A stretch of 64,000 nucleotides of DNA from an uncultured Bacteroidota bacterium (GTDB taxonomy: Bacteria; Bacteroidota; Bacteroidia; UBA7662; CAMTUB01). The notes beneath the pieces are model-generated. The model saw nothing but the letters and a program-made list of their open reading frames with translations, made no database searches and was not told where the DNA came from. Of this stretch, positions 28,066 to 39,344 are shown piece by piece. The stretch spans positions 4,387 to 68,386 of the forward strand of contig CAMTUB010000012.1 in assembly GCA_947084835.1 (NCBI GenBank). Reading direction: 5' to 3'. Positions within the stretch are counted from its first letter, which is position 1. Each line of letters starts with the position of its first letter. The position numbers were made by a program, and so were the translations under genes.

Positions 28066-29157
28066 TTATAAGTTGCCTCTATTGGCTTGTTCGCGTTCAA
28101 TAGATTCGAATAAAGCTTTGAAGTTCCCTTTACCAAAGGATTTTGCTCCTTTTCGTTGAATAATCTCATAAAAAAGGGTAGGACGATCTTCAACTGGTTT
28201 TGTGAAGATTTGTAATAAATACCCGTCTTCATCTCTATCAATTAGGATATTTAGATTTTTAAGTTCTACAATATCTTCATCAATTTCTTTTACCCGATCA
28301 ATAACATCTTCGTAATAATTATCCGGAACATACAAAAACTCAACTCCACGAGCTCTTAACATTGAAACGGTTTCAATAATATTACTAGTTTCTAATGCCA
28401 CATGTTGAACTCCAGCACCGTGATAAAAATCAAGATATTCTTCGATTTGAGATTTCTTTTTGCCTTCTGCTGGCTCGTTAATAGGGAATTTGATATATCC
28501 ATTTCCGTTACTAACCACCTTGCTCATTAAAGCAGAATATTCGGTAGAAATATCTTTGTCGTCAAAAGTTAAAAGTAATTTAAAGCCCATTACATCTTCA
28601 TAAAACTTTACCCAAACATCCATTTCACCCAATGGCACATTGCCAACGCAATGGTCAACATATTTCAAACCTACTGGTGTAGATGCAATTTTACTTTCAA
28701 CTGCTTTATAGCCCGGTAAAAATACTCCTTTGTAGTTTTTACGTTCAACAAAAGTGTGTATTGTTTCTCCGTAAGTTGCTATAGATGATGTAATTACTGT
28801 TCCAAATTCATCTGAAAATTCCATTGGAGGATAAACCGCTTTTGCGCCTCTTTTTACAGTTTGATTGTAAGATTCTGCTGAATCATCAACCCAAAGGGCT
28901 AAAACTCTAACGCCATCGCCATGTTTTTTTACATGTTCAGATATATATGATTCTGGACTTAACGATGTAGTTAATACAAGCCTCACTTTGCCCTGTTGCA
29001 AAACGTAAGAGGCTTTGTCTTTAACGCCTGTTTCGGGGCCTGCATAGGCTACTAATTCATATCCCCAAGCTGTTTGATAATAATAAGCAGATTGTTTAGC
29101 GTTTCCTACATAAAACTCTACGTAGTCTGTTCCATTTAAAGGAAGAAAGTCAGTCAT
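28066..29157 (-). CDS. hppD: 4-hydroxyphenylpyruvate dioxygenase
   Basis: 363 aa with two VOC modules; ...DHCVGNV...HVALETSNII.... Confidence 0.9.
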   Translation of the reverse strand: MTDFLPLNGTDYVEFYVGNAKQSAYYYQTAWGYELVAYAGPETGVKDKASYVLQQGKVRLVLTTSLSPESYISEHVKKHGDGVRVLALWVDDSAESYNQTVKRGAKAVYPPMEFSDEFGTVITSSIATYGETIHTFVERKNYKGVFLPGYKAVESKIASTPVGLKYVDHCVGNVPLGEMDVWVKFYEDVMGFKLLLTFDDKDISTEYSALMSKVVSNGNGYIKFPINEPAEGKKKSQIEEYLDFYHGAGVQHVALETSNIIETVSMLRARGVEFLYVPDNYYEDVIDRVKEIDEDIVELKNLNILIDRDEDGYLLQIFTKPVEDRPTLFYEIIQRKGAKSFGKGNFKALFESIEREQANRGNL

Positions 29158-29168
29158 ATGTTATTTTA

Positions 29169-30326
29169 TTAATTTACCCATGATAAATAGTATTCCGAAT
29201 CCTCGGTATTTAATGCCTCTTGCGTTATTTGAAGAGGATAAAAAGGATCTATCATTACTGCTAATTCTAATGTTTCTTTTTTGCCGATTGATTTTTCTGC
29301 CATTCCAGGGTGTGGTCCGTGAGGAATTCCTTTTGGATGCAGAGAAATCATGCCTCTTTCAACATGCTTTCTGCTCATAAAATCTCCATCAACATAATAC
29401 AAAACCTCATCCGAATCTACATTACTATGATGATAGGGTGCTGGAATTGCTTGTGGATGATAATCGTATAATCGAGGTACAAATGAACAAATTACAAAAT
29501 TATGGCCTTCAAAAGTTTGATGAATTGGAGGCGGCATATGTATTCGGCCTGTTATTGGTTCGTAATTGTGAATTGAAAATCCATACGGGTAGTGGCAACC
29601 GTCCCAACCGATAGCATCAAAAGGGTGTGTTGCGTAGGTGTAAGGAAATAATTGGTTTTGTTTTTTGATATAGACTAAAAAATCGCCTGTTTTATCAATG
29701 GTTTCTAAACTTTGAGGAAGTTTCAAATCTCTTTCGCAATATGGCGAATGCTCTTGAAACTGACCAAACTTATTTAAATACCTTTTTGGAGGTACAATTG
29801 GACTAAAAGATTCGGTTATTAATAGTCTGTTTTGAGTTGTATTAAAATGCAGTTGATAAATTGTACCTCTTGGAACAACTAAATAATCGCCATACTCAAA
29901 CTCAATCTTACCGAAAACCGTAAGTAAAGTTCCACTGCCTTCGTGCACGAAAATAACTTCATCTGCATCAGCATTTTTGAAGAAATAATCCGTAGTTGAA
30001 CTGGTAGGAGCAGCAACAATTAAATTTAAGTCGCTGTTAAAAAGCATTATTTTACGACTTTTGATATAATCGGTTTCTGCTTTTGTTTTAAACGTTAAAA
30101 AACTGCGATTCTGCATATTGTTTTTAATCGCAGCAGTTGGTTTTATATCAATGGGTTCACCAATAGCTTTTACTAAAGTTGGTGGATGACAATGATATAC
30201 CAATGAATATAAACTCGAAAACCCTTCTGTGCTTACTAATTCTTCAGCGTAAAGTTCGCCATCAGGTTTTCTAAATTGTGTATGTCGTTTGCTTGGAATG
30301 TAACCAAGCTTATGGTAATGCGGCAT
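29169..30326 (-). CDS. hmgA: Homogentisate 1,2-dioxygenase
   Basis: 385 aa; MPHYHKLGYIPSKRHTQF...; cupin fold. Confidence 0.9.
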   Translation of the reverse strand: MPHYHKLGYIPSKRHTQFRKPDGELYAEELVSTEGFSSLYSLVYHCHPPTLVKAIGEPIDIKPTAAIKNNMQNRSFLTFKTKAETDYIKSRKIMLFNSDLNLIVAAPTSSTTDYFFKNADADEVIFVHEGSGTLLTVFGKIEFEYGDYLVVPRGTIYQLHFNTTQNRLLITESFSPIVPPKRYLNKFGQFQEHSPYCERDLKLPQSLETIDKTGDFLVYIKKQNQLFPYTYATHPFDAIGWDGCHYPYGFSIHNYEPITGRIHMPPPIHQTFEGHNFVICSFVPRLYDYHPQAIPAPYHHSNVDSDEVLYYVDGDFMSRKHVERGMISLHPKGIPHGPHPGMAEKSIGKKETLELAVMIDPFYPLQITQEALNTEDSEYYLSWVN

Positions 30327-30372
30327 CTTAATCCCTAAATTGTTCTAAATGCTGATAAAGTTAAGTAAAAAA

Positions 30373-31497
30373 TTACTCTTTCCAGTCAGCAACAAAGATA
30401 TTGGTATCGTATCCACCTCCGTTAAAACGATTGCTAGAAAAGGATATTTTTTTTCCATCAGGAGAAAACATGGGGAACGAATCAAAAGTTTTGTCGTATG
30501 TGATTTGTTTTAAATTCGTACCATCTTCATTAATCATGAAAATATTAAATTGATATCCTCTGTTTGATTGATGGTTAGATGAAAAAACGATTCGTTTTCC
30601 ATCAGGATGGTAATATGGAGCCCAATTTGCTTTTCCCAAATGGGTAATTTGTTTCATGTTTGACGCATCGATATTGCAGGTATAAATTTCCATTTCGGTT
30701 GGAGCCACTAGACCTTGCATTAATAAATCTTTATAGTCTTTCTGGTCAGCATCTGTTTTTGGACGTGAAGCTCTGAAAACCAGTTTTTTAGAGTTAGGAG
30801 AGAAGAATGCCCCGCCATCGTAGCCCAATTCAGTGGTTACTTGAATAATATTTTTTCCATTGATATCCATCACGTAAAGCTCTAAATCACCAGTTCTATC
30901 GCTTGTGAAGACAATCTTTTTACCGTCTGGAGAAACCGTAGCTTCAGCATCGTAATGTGGGCTTGGAGCTAGTTTTTTTGTTATTTTACCTTTTAAATCA
31001 GCTACATAAATGTCAAAAGTGTTGTAGATAGGCCACAAATATTTGCCATCTAATCTTCTTTCAGGAACATCAGGGCATTTTACATTTGACTCATGGGTAG
31101 ATGCATATAAAATATGCTTATCGCCAGGCATAAAGTAAGCGCAAGTTGTGCGGCCTTTTCCTGTGCTTATAAGTTGAGATGCCTTATTTTTAGAAGTTGG
31201 TTTGTTTATATCTAAATAAAAAATCTGGTCACACTCTAATTCCCAAAACTTAGAATTAGACTGAAAACTCAACATTTTACTATTGAAACTCCAATATGCT
31301 TCAGCATTATCGCCACCAAAAGTTAATTGTTTTACATTTTTAAAGTGTACTTCTTGCTCAAAACGAAGGGTATCAATCGTTTCAACTGAATTTGCTTTGA
31401 TACTTGAAAAGTTTTGTGAAAATGATCCAATAATTGTAAATAGCCAAAAGATAAATGCGGTCATTAAATATGATTTTTCGCAAAAATAATAAGCCAA
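30373..31497 (-). CDS. Secreted PD40/WD40-like beta-propeller repeat protein (TolB-like C-terminal fold)
   Basis: Signal peptide plus repeated SPDGKK(I/L)(V/S)F(S/T)S PD40 motifs. Confidence 0.65.
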   Translation of the reverse strand: MAYYFCEKSYLMTAFIFWLFTIIGSFSQNFSSIKANSVETIDTLRFEQEVHFKNVKQLTFGGDNAEAYWSFNSKMLSFQSNSKFWELECDQIFYLDINKPTSKNKASQLISTGKGRTTCAYFMPGDKHILYASTHESNVKCPDVPERRLDGKYLWPIYNTFDIYVADLKGKITKKLAPSPHYDAEATVSPDGKKIVFTSDRTGDLELYVMDINGKNIIQVTTELGYDGGAFFSPNSKKLVFRASRPKTDADQKDYKDLLMQGLVAPTEMEIYTCNIDASNMKQITHLGKANWAPYYHPDGKRIVFSSNHQSNRGYQFNIFMINEDGTNLKQITYDKTFDSFPMFSPDGKKISFSSNRFNGGGYDTNIFVADWKE

Positions 31498-31568
31498 TTA
31501 TCTTTATTTGTAATAATTGAGTAATATCTGCCTTTAATAACATTTATCATCTATTATCTTCGTCCCAA

Positions 31569-32606
31569 ATGAAAAGGGATTTATTAAAAAGCATACTGTT
31601 TTTATTTCTTTTATCGGGATGTGATTCAAACCATAGTGAGTCAAAAACTGATAATGATCATATTAAAACTGTAACAATTGTCAATAACGAAGACAGTTCA
31701 TTTAATGTAGAATTAGATAGAGTATCTTCATTGATAAGCAGATTTCCTAATAATCCTGACTATTACCACGAAAGGGCAACTGTTCGCCTAAAATTTAATA
31801 AGTTAGAAGGAAGCCTACAAGATTTGAAAGCAGCTCTTATTTTAGATACAAATAATGCTCAATTATATTTAACTCTTGCTGAAATTTATGTAAAAATGAA
31901 TTTAGGTAAAAGTGCTATTGAATCCGTAGATAGAGCACTTTCGGTTAACCCTAAATATGCTCCTGCATTGATTAAAAAGGGCGAGTTTTTATATTATAGA
32001 AAGGAGTACGATCGTGCTTTTAAGGCTATTAACGATGGTTTGAAGATTGATGTAACCAACCCTAAAGCCTATTTTTGGAAAGGAATGATTTACAAGGATC
32101 AAGGGAATAAAGCGAAAGCAATTTCCAGCTTTCAAACTGCCATTGAGCAAGATCCAGATTACGTTGATGCTTATTTGCAATTGGGATTGTTGTTCTCAGG
32201 CACAGATGAAAAGTTAGCTTATAACTATCTCAAAAATGTATTGAGAATTCAACCCAAAAACGATAAAGCATTGTATGCTATGGCTTATAGTAGTCAAACA
32301 AGAGGTTTGTTAGACTCTGCGAAAGCTGATTATAAAAGAATATTGGTTTATTTGCCAAATGATAACTCTGTAAACTATAATTTGGCATACATAAACATGC
32401 TTCAAGATAGTTTTGGCGTGGCAGTTTCGTATTTATCTAAAGTTATTCAAGTCGATTCTATGAATGCAGATGCTTGGTTTTATCGTGGGCTTTGTTATCA
32501 AAAATTGGGTAAAACAAGCTCAGCAGAAACAGATATTAACGAAGCAAAATCAATAAAACCCGGTATAATATTGAATTTGCCAAAACAAGAACAAAAATCT
32601 AAGTAA
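31569..32606 (+). CDS. Tetratricopeptide-repeat lipoprotein
   Basis: Lipobox LLSGC, followed by multiple TPR units. Confidence 0.75.
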   Translation: MKRDLLKSILFLFLLSGCDSNHSESKTDNDHIKTVTIVNNEDSSFNVELDRVSSLISRFPNNPDYYHERATVRLKFNKLEGSLQDLKAALILDTNNAQLYLTLAEIYVKMNLGKSAIESVDRALSVNPKYAPALIKKGEFLYYRKEYDRAFKAINDGLKIDVTNPKAYFWKGMIYKDQGNKAKAISSFQTAIEQDPDYVDAYLQLGLLFSGTDEKLAYNYLKNVLRIQPKNDKALYAMAYSSQTRGLLDSAKADYKRILVYLPNDNSVNYNLAYINMLQDSFGVAVSYLSKVIQVDSMNADAWFYRGLCYQKLGKTSSAETDINEAKSIKPGIILNLPKQEQKSK

Positions 32607-32628
32607 AAATTTCGAAATTCGCATCCTC

Positions 32629-34578
32629 ATGTCAAATATGATTAATATAACCCTTCCTGATGGAGCTACAAAATCATTCGAAAGCGGAACAACTCCACTC
32701 GATGTTGCAAAATCAATTAGCGAAGGCTTAGCAAGAAAAGTTATTGCTTCAACGGTTAATGGCCAAAAATGGGATTTAACACGTTCAATTAAAGAAAATG
32801 CCTCATTGGTACTTCACACGTGGGATTCTGAAGAGGGGAAATATACATTTTGGCATTCATCGGCTCACTTATTAGCTGAAGTTCTAGAAAGCGAATTTCC
32901 AGGTATGAAATTTGGTATTGGACCACCAATTGAAACCGGTTTTTATTACGATGTTGATTTAAATGGGCATGAATTTACTCAGGCTGATTTTGAACGAATT
33001 GAAAATAAGTTTTTAGAATTTGCACGAAGAGGAGTTGAGTTTCAGCGTCAGGAAATATCTAAAAAAGATGCATTAGAGTACTTTACTAAAAAAGGAGACG
33101 AGTATAAACTTGAGTTAATTTCTGATTTAGAAGACGGCACAATAAGTTTATATACTCAAGGCGAATTCACCGATTTGTGCCGTGGACCACATTTGCCAAA
33201 CACATCGGGAATTAAGGCTATCAAATTATTAAGCATCGCTGGAGCCTATTGGAGAGGAAATGAAAACAATAAAATGCTTACCCGCATTTATGCTGTATCG
33301 TATCCAAGTCAAAAAGAACTAAAAGAATATCTCGTTTTATTAGAAGAGGCTAAAAAAAGAGACCATAGAAAGTTAGGTAAAGAGTTAGAACTTTTCACTT
33401 TCTCAGAAAAAGTAGGAATGGGCTTGCCGCTATGGTTGCCAAAAGGTGCATTTTTGAGAGAAAGGCTTGTTGGTTTTTTACAGAAAGCACAATACAAAGC
33501 AGGATATTTACCCGTAGTAACACCTCATATTGGCCATAAGGAACTTTATGTTACCTCTGGGCATTATGCTAAGTACGGAAAAGACTCATTTCAAGCAATT
33601 CGTACACCAAACGAGGGCGAAGAGTATTTTTTAAAACCCATGAATTGTCCGCATCACTGCGAGATATATAAAAGCAAACCAAGATCGTATAAAGATTTGC
33701 CTTTACGTTTTTCTGAATTTGGAACCGTTTACCGTTACGAACAGAGTGGCGAATTGCATGGATTAACTCGTGTTAGAGGATTTACTCAAGATGATGCGCA
33801 TCTTTTTTGCAGACCAGAGCAAGTTAAGGATGAGTTTATAAAAGTTATTGATTTAGTGCTTTACGTTTTCAAAGCATTAGGCTTTAACGATTATACTGCA
33901 CAAATTTCTTTGCATGATCCTGCGAATAAAGAAAAATATATTGGATCTGAAAAAGATTGGGCAAAAGCAGAAAATGCAATTATCGAGGCTACTGAAGAAT
34001 GTAATTTAGAAACCGTACAAGTAGTTGGCGAAGCTGCATTTTACGGACCAAAATTAGATTTTATGGTCAAAGATGCGCTAGGAAGAAAATGGCAGTTGGG
34101 AACTATACAGGTTGATTATCAACTACCTGAACGTTTCGAATTGGAGTATACAGGGGCAGATAATTTAAAGCACCGTCCTGTAATGATTCATCGCGCACCG
34201 TTTGGTTCGTTAGAAAGATTCATTGCTGTATTGATTGAACATTGTGCTGGAAACTTCCCATTATGGTTGAGTCCAGAGCAAATTGCGATACTCCCAATCA
34301 GTGAGAAATATGCAACTTATGCAGATAAGGTTTTGGAATTCGCAGAAAATCACGATATTCGCGGATTCATTGATCACCGTGATGAGAAAATAGGGCGCAA
34401 AATTCGCGATGCAGAAATCAAGAAAACCCCTATTATGCTCATTTTAGGCGAAAAAGAGGAAGCAGAAAACATGGTGTCCGTACGTTTACATGGACAAGGC
34501 GATTTAGGTCAAATGACTTTGGAAGACTTTAAAACCTATTTTCAGAAACTAATTAGTGATCAAATTAACATCAACTAA
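32629..34578 (+). CDS. thrS: Threonine--tRNA ligase
   Basis: TGS domain, class II core and anticodon-binding domain; 649 aa. Confidence 0.95.
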   Translation: MSNMINITLPDGATKSFESGTTPLDVAKSISEGLARKVIASTVNGQKWDLTRSIKENASLVLHTWDSEEGKYTFWHSSAHLLAEVLESEFPGMKFGIGPPIETGFYYDVDLNGHEFTQADFERIENKFLEFARRGVEFQRQEISKKDALEYFTKKGDEYKLELISDLEDGTISLYTQGEFTDLCRGPHLPNTSGIKAIKLLSIAGAYWRGNENNKMLTRIYAVSYPSQKELKEYLVLLEEAKKRDHRKLGKELELFTFSEKVGMGLPLWLPKGAFLRERLVGFLQKAQYKAGYLPVVTPHIGHKELYVTSGHYAKYGKDSFQAIRTPNEGEEYFLKPMNCPHHCEIYKSKPRSYKDLPLRFSEFGTVYRYEQSGELHGLTRVRGFTQDDAHLFCRPEQVKDEFIKVIDLVLYVFKALGFNDYTAQISLHDPANKEKYIGSEKDWAKAENAIIEATEECNLETVQVVGEAAFYGPKLDFMVKDALGRKWQLGTIQVDYQLPERFELEYTGADNLKHRPVMIHRAPFGSLERFIAVLIEHCAGNFPLWLSPEQIAILPISEKYATYADKVLEFAENHDIRGFIDHRDEKIGRKIRDAEIKKTPIMLILGEKEEAENMVSVRLHGQGDLGQMTLEDFKTYFQKLISDQININ

Positions 34579-34589
34579 ATAATAAATTA

Positions 34590-35141
34590 TTGGCTACCAA
34601 CATGCGAGGACGCGGTCCTCAAAAAAAAGAAGACGAACATTTAATCAACGAAAAGATTACTGCAGTAGAAGTAAGATTAGTTGGTGAAAATATTGAACCT
34701 GGCGTTTTCTCCCTTTCTGAAGCATTAGAAAGGGCAAAAACTCAGGAAATGGACTTGGTAATGATTTCAGATAAAGCAATACCACCCGTTTGTCGTATAG
34801 TTGAGTACAGTAAATTTATTTATCAGAAAAAGAAGAAAGAAAAGGAAATTAAAGCGAATACTGTTAAAACAGTAATTAAAGAAATCCGATTCGGTCCAAA
34901 TACTGATGAGCATGATGTTGCATTTAAACTTAAACACGCGATAAAGTTTCTTCAAGAGGGTTCTAAAATAAAAGCATACGTTCAATTTAGAGGACGTGCA
35001 ATTATTTTTAAAGAACGCGGAGAATTATTACTTTTGCAGTTCGCTCAAGAATTAGAGGAGTATGGCAAGCTAGAATTGATGCCGAAACTAGAAGGAAAGC
35101 GAATGTTTATTTCAATAGTACCCAAGCTAACCAAAAAATAA
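34590..35141 (+). CDS. infC: Translation initiation factor IF-3. The start is either the TTG at 34590 or the ATG at 34602.
   Basis: ...[39 protein letters not shown]...; thrS-infC-rpmI-rplT synteny. Confidence 0.9.
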   Translation: MATNMRGRGPQKKEDEHLINEKITAVEVRLVGENIEPGVFSLSEALERAKTQEMDLVMISDKAIPPVCRIVEYSKFIYQKKKKEKEIKANTVKTVIKEIRFGPNTDEHDVAFKLKHAIKFLQEGSKIKAYVQFRGRAIIFKERGELLLLQFAQELEEYGKLELMPKLEGKRMFISIVPKLTKK

Positions 35142-35160
35142 ATTTTTTAATTCGAATTAT

Positions 35161-35361
35161 ATGCCAAAAATGAAAACCAATTCCGGTGCCAAAAAGAGAT
35201 TTGCTCTTACCGGGACAGGAAAAATAAAACGCAAACATGCGTACAAAAGGCACATTTTAACCAAGAAATCAACCAAGCGCTTACGTGCACTAGGTCACAC
35301 TGCAATGGTAGACGTTACAAATGTGAACGCAGTAAAACGTTTGTTAGGAATAGGAAATTAA
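35161..35361 (+). CDS. rpmI: 50S ribosomal protein L35
   Basis: [14 protein letters not shown].... Confidence 0.95.
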   Translation: MPKMKTNSGAKKRFALTGTGKIKRKHAYKRHILTKKSTKRLRALGHTAMVDVTNVNAVKRLLGIGN

Positions 35362-35422
35362 TGTGAATCTGTATTAGTAATAAAAAAGCGCGAAAGCCAC
35401 TAATACATAAACAATTGAGCAA

Positions 35423-35770
35423 ATGCCAAGATCAGTAAATTCAGTAGCGTCAAGAGCCAGAAGGAAAAAAGTCCTTAACATGGCAAAAGGGTATTTTACT
35501 ACCCGTAAAAATGTATGGACCGTAGCAAAGAATGCCGTAGAAAAAGGCTTATCTTATGCTTACAGGGACCGTAAGAGCAAAAAACGTAACATCCGCACAA
35601 TGTGGATTGCACGTATAAACGCAGGTACTCGTGCCGAAGGAATTTCATATAGCCGTTTTATGGGCGCTATGATTAAGAGCGGTATTAAGTTAAACCGTAA
35701 AGTTTTAGCTGATTTAGCAATGAATCATCCTGAATCTTTTAAAGCGGTAATGGATAAAGTAGGTAAGTAA
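35423..35770 (+). CDS. rplT: 50S ribosomal protein L20
   Basis: [18 protein letters not shown]...; 115 aa. Confidence 0.95.
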   Translation: MPRSVNSVASRARRKKVLNMAKGYFTTRKNVWTVAKNAVEKGLSYAYRDRKSKKRNIRTMWIARINAGTRAEGISYSRFMGAMIKSGIKLNRKVLADLAMNHPESFKAVMDKVGK

Positions 35771-35793
35771 ATCTTACTACTTTTTATAAAAAA

Positions 35794-35820
35794 TGGGTTG
35801 CACTAGCAGCCCTTTTTTTA
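35794..35820 (+). terminator. Rho-independent terminator after rplT
   Basis: Hairpin GGGTTGC-acta-GCAGCCC (one G-U pair), followed by TTTTTTTT. Confidence 0.7.
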
Positions 35821-35851
35821 TTTAATAGTGTTTTAGAAATACATTTGTGAT

Positions 35852-37756
35852 ATGATTAAAAGGTCAACCATTGATTCGGTATTAGAAGTTGTTCGAATTG
35901 ATGAAGTCGTAGGGGAGTATGTTCAGCTGAAAAGGCGAGGAGCAAATCTTATTGGACTTTGCCCTTTTCACTCTGAAAAATCTCCCTCTTTTAGTGTATC
36001 CACCCAAAAAGGGATTTTTAAATGCTTTGGCTGTGGAGTTGCTGGAGATTCTGTTGGATTTGTGATGGATCACGATAAATTATCGTATCCTGAAGCAATT
36101 CGTAGTCTTGCTAAAAAATATAATATCTCCATAGAAGAAGATTCTACTGAAACTTTCACCGATCAAGAGCGAAAAGAACAAAACGAAAAAGAGAGTTTAT
36201 ATATATTAAATGATTTTGTAAAAGATGCTTTTCATAAACAATTAGTTGAATCAGAAGAAGGACAAACCATTGGACTTTCTTATTTTAAAGAAAGAGATAT
36301 ATCCCAAAAGTCATTAGAAACATTTTCGGTAGGGTATGCTTTTGAAGCCCGTGATGCTCTTTCAAAACTTGCCAAAAAAAGTGGATATTCAGAAGATGCT
36401 TTAGTTGCATCGGGTCTTGTGCTTAAAAACGAGTATGGATTAAACGATAGATTTAAAGGGAGGGTAATGTTCCCTATTTTTTCAGTTTCTGGAAAAGTTG
36501 TTGGATTTGGTGGCAGAATCTTAAGAACTGATAAGAAAGAGGCTAAATATATTAACTCCCCCGAGTCTGTAATTTACCATAAGAGCCAAACCCTTTACGG
36601 CATTTCTCATGGCAAACAATCAATTCGAAAAGAAGACAAAGTATATTTAACCGAGGGTTACCTTGATGTTATTGGGCTGCATCAGTCGGGTATTTTAAAC
36701 GTTGTTGCTTCATCAGGGACTTCATTAACTCCAGAGCAATGCAGGTTAATTAAACGTTTTACGGATAATGTAACGATTGTTTACGACTCAGACAACGCTG
36801 GCCAGGAAGCAACAGAACGCGCAGTAACGCTTTTGTTACAGAATGATTTAAACGTTCGGGTAATTAGTTTGCCCGATGGCGATGACCCAGATTCATTCCG
36901 AAAAAAGAATAGCGATACCGCTCTTCTTAATTTTTTCAAAGAGCAAGAAACCGATTTTTTAGATTTCTTGCTTAAAAGAAAGTTTGCTGGAATTGAGAAT
37001 GACCCAATTGCTAAGTCCAATGCAATTAAGGATCTGCTTGAAGTAGTTTCTTTAATTACTGACCCCATAAAACGTGGAATTTACGTTTCAAAAGCATCAA
37101 ACATTACCAAAATTGATGAGCAATTGCTTATTAATGAGGTAAATAAGCAACGGATAAAAAAGCATGCGAAAGGGCAAGAGCGCGATTGGATTCAGGATAA
37201 AAGTCAGTTTCTAGTTCCCGAAGTTAAAACCCAGCTTTTTTCAGATACTTTCCAAGAAAAAGGTTTAATAAGGTTGCTTTTACTTTTTGGAGATCGAATA
37301 TTTAACGAAGAATTTACGGTGCAAGAGTATATTTTTTTCAGCTTTGAAGAGATGATTTGGGAAGATGAAATGTGCCAAAATATTTACAAAGTATGTCTTG
37401 AAAAAAGAGATTCTGAAGCTGTCTACGATTTAAAAACATTTATACATCATCCAGAAAGAGAGTTGTCAAAATATGTAATCGACCTTTCGTTACCAAGAGA
37501 TATTAGTGAGAATTGGGAAAAAATGCACGATATATTTATTATTAACCCAAATGAGAATTATAAAAACGATGTAGAATCGGGTTGTGATCGATTAAAAATG
37601 AAGAAAATTTTAAAACTTTTGAAGGAAATAGACATTGAGTTATATAAAAACACATCTTCAGTCGAAGACGCAAATCATTTTATGGAAATGAAAATCCAAT
37701 TGAATATTGAGAAATCAGCAATTGCTAAGAAGTATGGGATTGTTGTTCTTGAATAA
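35852..37756 (+). CDS. dnaG: DNA primase
   Basis: Zinc ribbon CPFHSEKSPSF...CFGCG, a TOPRIM domain, and a C-terminal helicase-interaction region. Confidence 0.9.
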   Translation: MIKRSTIDSVLEVVRIDEVVGEYVQLKRRGANLIGLCPFHSEKSPSFSVSTQKGIFKCFGCGVAGDSVGFVMDHDKLSYPEAIRSLAKKYNISIEEDSTETFTDQERKEQNEKESLYILNDFVKDAFHKQLVESEEGQTIGLSYFKERDISQKSLETFSVGYAFEARDALSKLAKKSGYSEDALVASGLVLKNEYGLNDRFKGRVMFPIFSVSGKVVGFGGRILRTDKKEAKYINSPESVIYHKSQTLYGISHGKQSIRKEDKVYLTEGYLDVIGLHQSGILNVVASSGTSLTPEQCRLIKRFTDNVTIVYDSDNAGQEATERAVTLLLQNDLNVRVISLPDGDDPDSFRKKNSDTALLNFFKEQETDFLDFLLKRKFAGIENDPIAKSNAIKDLLEVVSLITDPIKRGIYVSKASNITKIDEQLLINEVNKQRIKKHAKGQERDWIQDKSQFLVPEVKTQLFSDTFQEKGLIRLLLLFGDRIFNEEFTVQEYIFFSFEEMIWEDEMCQNIYKVCLEKRDSEAVYDLKTFIHHPERELSKYVIDLSLPRDISENWEKMHDIFIINPNENYKNDVESGCDRLKMKKILKLLKEIDIELYKNTSSVEDANHFMEMKIQLNIEKSAIAKKYGIVVLE

Positions 37757-38372
37757 TCCAAGTAATGATAAATTCTGGCGTTATTTTGTAGTATACATCT
37801 AAGTTAATCTCTTTATTTAGAGTGACTTGTGCTGTTTTGTAGGTTAGGGATTTTATCTGAATATCTTCTTTAAAAATCAAGTTTTTTTTCTTCCACCATT
37901 TGTAAACCGATTCTTTTATGCTCCACGCCAACGTAACTTCTTCTGGATTATTGGGCTGAATACAATCGTGAATGCCTAAAAATTTAGAAGCAATTCGCAA
38001 CGCTCTTCCGTCATTTTTTTCAATATCAATAGCACAAGTCTTATTCTCTGAAATTATAGCTGCAGCGTAGCCATGAGTATGTGATAGTCCAATACACACG
38101 TTGTTTTCATGAATTGTTAATGCTCCATATTGGTCTTTTTTAAACAAAATGGGTTTGTTAATTAGGTGATGCACACATAAACGAGCTGCTAATGATCCCT
38201 TTTTTACATCAGCATTTTTCTTTTTTATTAGCGTGATATCCTGCAATTTGCAATTTTCAAATTGAGTTTCTAAAACATGCAAAGGCTCTTCAATTTTCCA
38301 AATACAAAGAGGATATTCATCCTCATTTTCGAATAAAGTTATGGGCATAAATACTGTTGGGTACTTTTGCAA
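37725..38372 (-). CDS. 4'-phosphopantetheinyl transferase (Sfp/EntD type)
   Basis: GLSHTHGYAAA..., CAIDIE and WSIKESVYKWW are PPTase motifs 1-3. Confidence 0.7.
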   Translation of the reverse strand: MQKYPTVFMPITLFENEDEYPLCIWKIEEPLHVLETQFENCKLQDITLIKKKNADVKKGSLAARLCVHHLINKPILFKKDQYGALTIHENNVCIGLSHTHGYAAAIISENKTCAIDIEKNDGRALRIASKFLGIHDCIQPNNPEEVTLAWSIKESVYKWWKKKNLIFKEDIQIKSLTYKTAQVTLNKEINLDVYYKITPEFIITWIIQEQQSHTS

Positions 38373-38391
38373 TATTAAAGGATAATTTTTA

Positions 38392-39300
38392 ATGATTGAT
38401 ATTTCAATTGATGCTGTTTTAGAAGGGCATCAGGGTCCAATTTATACGGTAATTTCTACACCCGATAAAAAGTCTATTTTAACTGCAGGAGATGATAAAA
38501 TTGTAGCAATTTGGGACTTAGCATCCAAAAAAGATGCTAAAATGATTGCTAAAGCAACAAGCTCTGTGTATAGTATGTGCTTTTTTAACAACAATCGTTT
38601 TCTTGCAATCGGCCAACGCGATGGAAAAATACATATCGTTGATTTTGAAACGAAACAGGAACATAAAAATATTACTACCGGGAATTCTGAGATTTTTGTT
38701 TTAGAGCCAATATCAACCGGTGGTTTTATCTCAGGCAATGCAGCAGGTGAATTCATAATTTGGTCTGTTAATGCAGAAATTATTTCAAAACATATAATTT
38801 CTGAGAAGTCTATAAGGTCTGTTGCTTTTACAAAAAATGAAGATTTAGTTGCAATTGGATGCAGTGACGATAAAATTTATTTACATACTTTTCCCGAAAT
38901 GAAATTGGTAGAAACCTACGAAAGTCATACCAATTCTGTATTTGCATTGAGGTTTTCAAGCATAACTAATGCACTGCTATCTGGATCAAGAGATGCACAA
39001 TTGCACATAAGGCAGCCTTTTATAAATCAAGATTTCGCAGCAATAAAAGCCCATTTATTTACTATAAACTGCATTGTAGAGCTTTTTGATGGCAAATTTA
39101 TTGCAACCTCATCTCGAGATAAAGAGATAAGGGTTTGGAAAACAAACGATATGACATTAGTGAAAGTGCTTAATAAAGAGAAGTTTAATGTGCATTCTCA
39201 TTCAGTAAATAAGTTGCTCTGGCTTAAGGATACAAACCAGTTGATTTCTGTTAGCGATGATAAGAAAATAGTGGTGTGGAATTGTAAAGAATTAGCCTAA
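38392..39300 (+). CDS. WD40-repeat protein
   Basis: Repeated GH...WD-like units (e.g. IVAIWDL, IRVWK, IVVWN); 302 aa. Confidence 0.7.
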   Translation: MIDISIDAVLEGHQGPIYTVISTPDKKSILTAGDDKIVAIWDLASKKDAKMIAKATSSVYSMCFFNNNRFLAIGQRDGKIHIVDFETKQEHKNITTGNSEIFVLEPISTGGFISGNAAGEFIIWSVNAEIISKHIISEKSIRSVAFTKNEDLVAIGCSDDKIYLHTFPEMKLVETYESHTNSVFALRFSSITNALLSGSRDAQLHIRQPFINQDFAAIKAHLFTINCIVELFDGKFIATSSRDKEIRVWKTNDMTLVKVLNKEKFNVHSHSVNKLLWLKDTNQLISVSDDKKIVVWNCKELA

Positions 39301-39344
39301 AAAATGGCTTTCAAACACTATTTTTACAACGTAACGGGTATTCT

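Noticed and set aside
28066-30326. hppD-hmgA as a pyomelanin or complete tyrosine-catabolic cluster
   Set aside because: Only the first two steps are present in the window. No maleylacetoacetate isomerase or fumarylacetoacetase is adjacent, and an intact hmgA argues against homogentisate accumulation. This is an ordinary partial catabolic operon.
35840-35847. TACATTTG -7-like box upstream of dnaG as a promoter
   Set aside because: It ends only 4 bp before the ATG, which would imply a leaderless transcript. With no supporting -33 element this is too weak to call.
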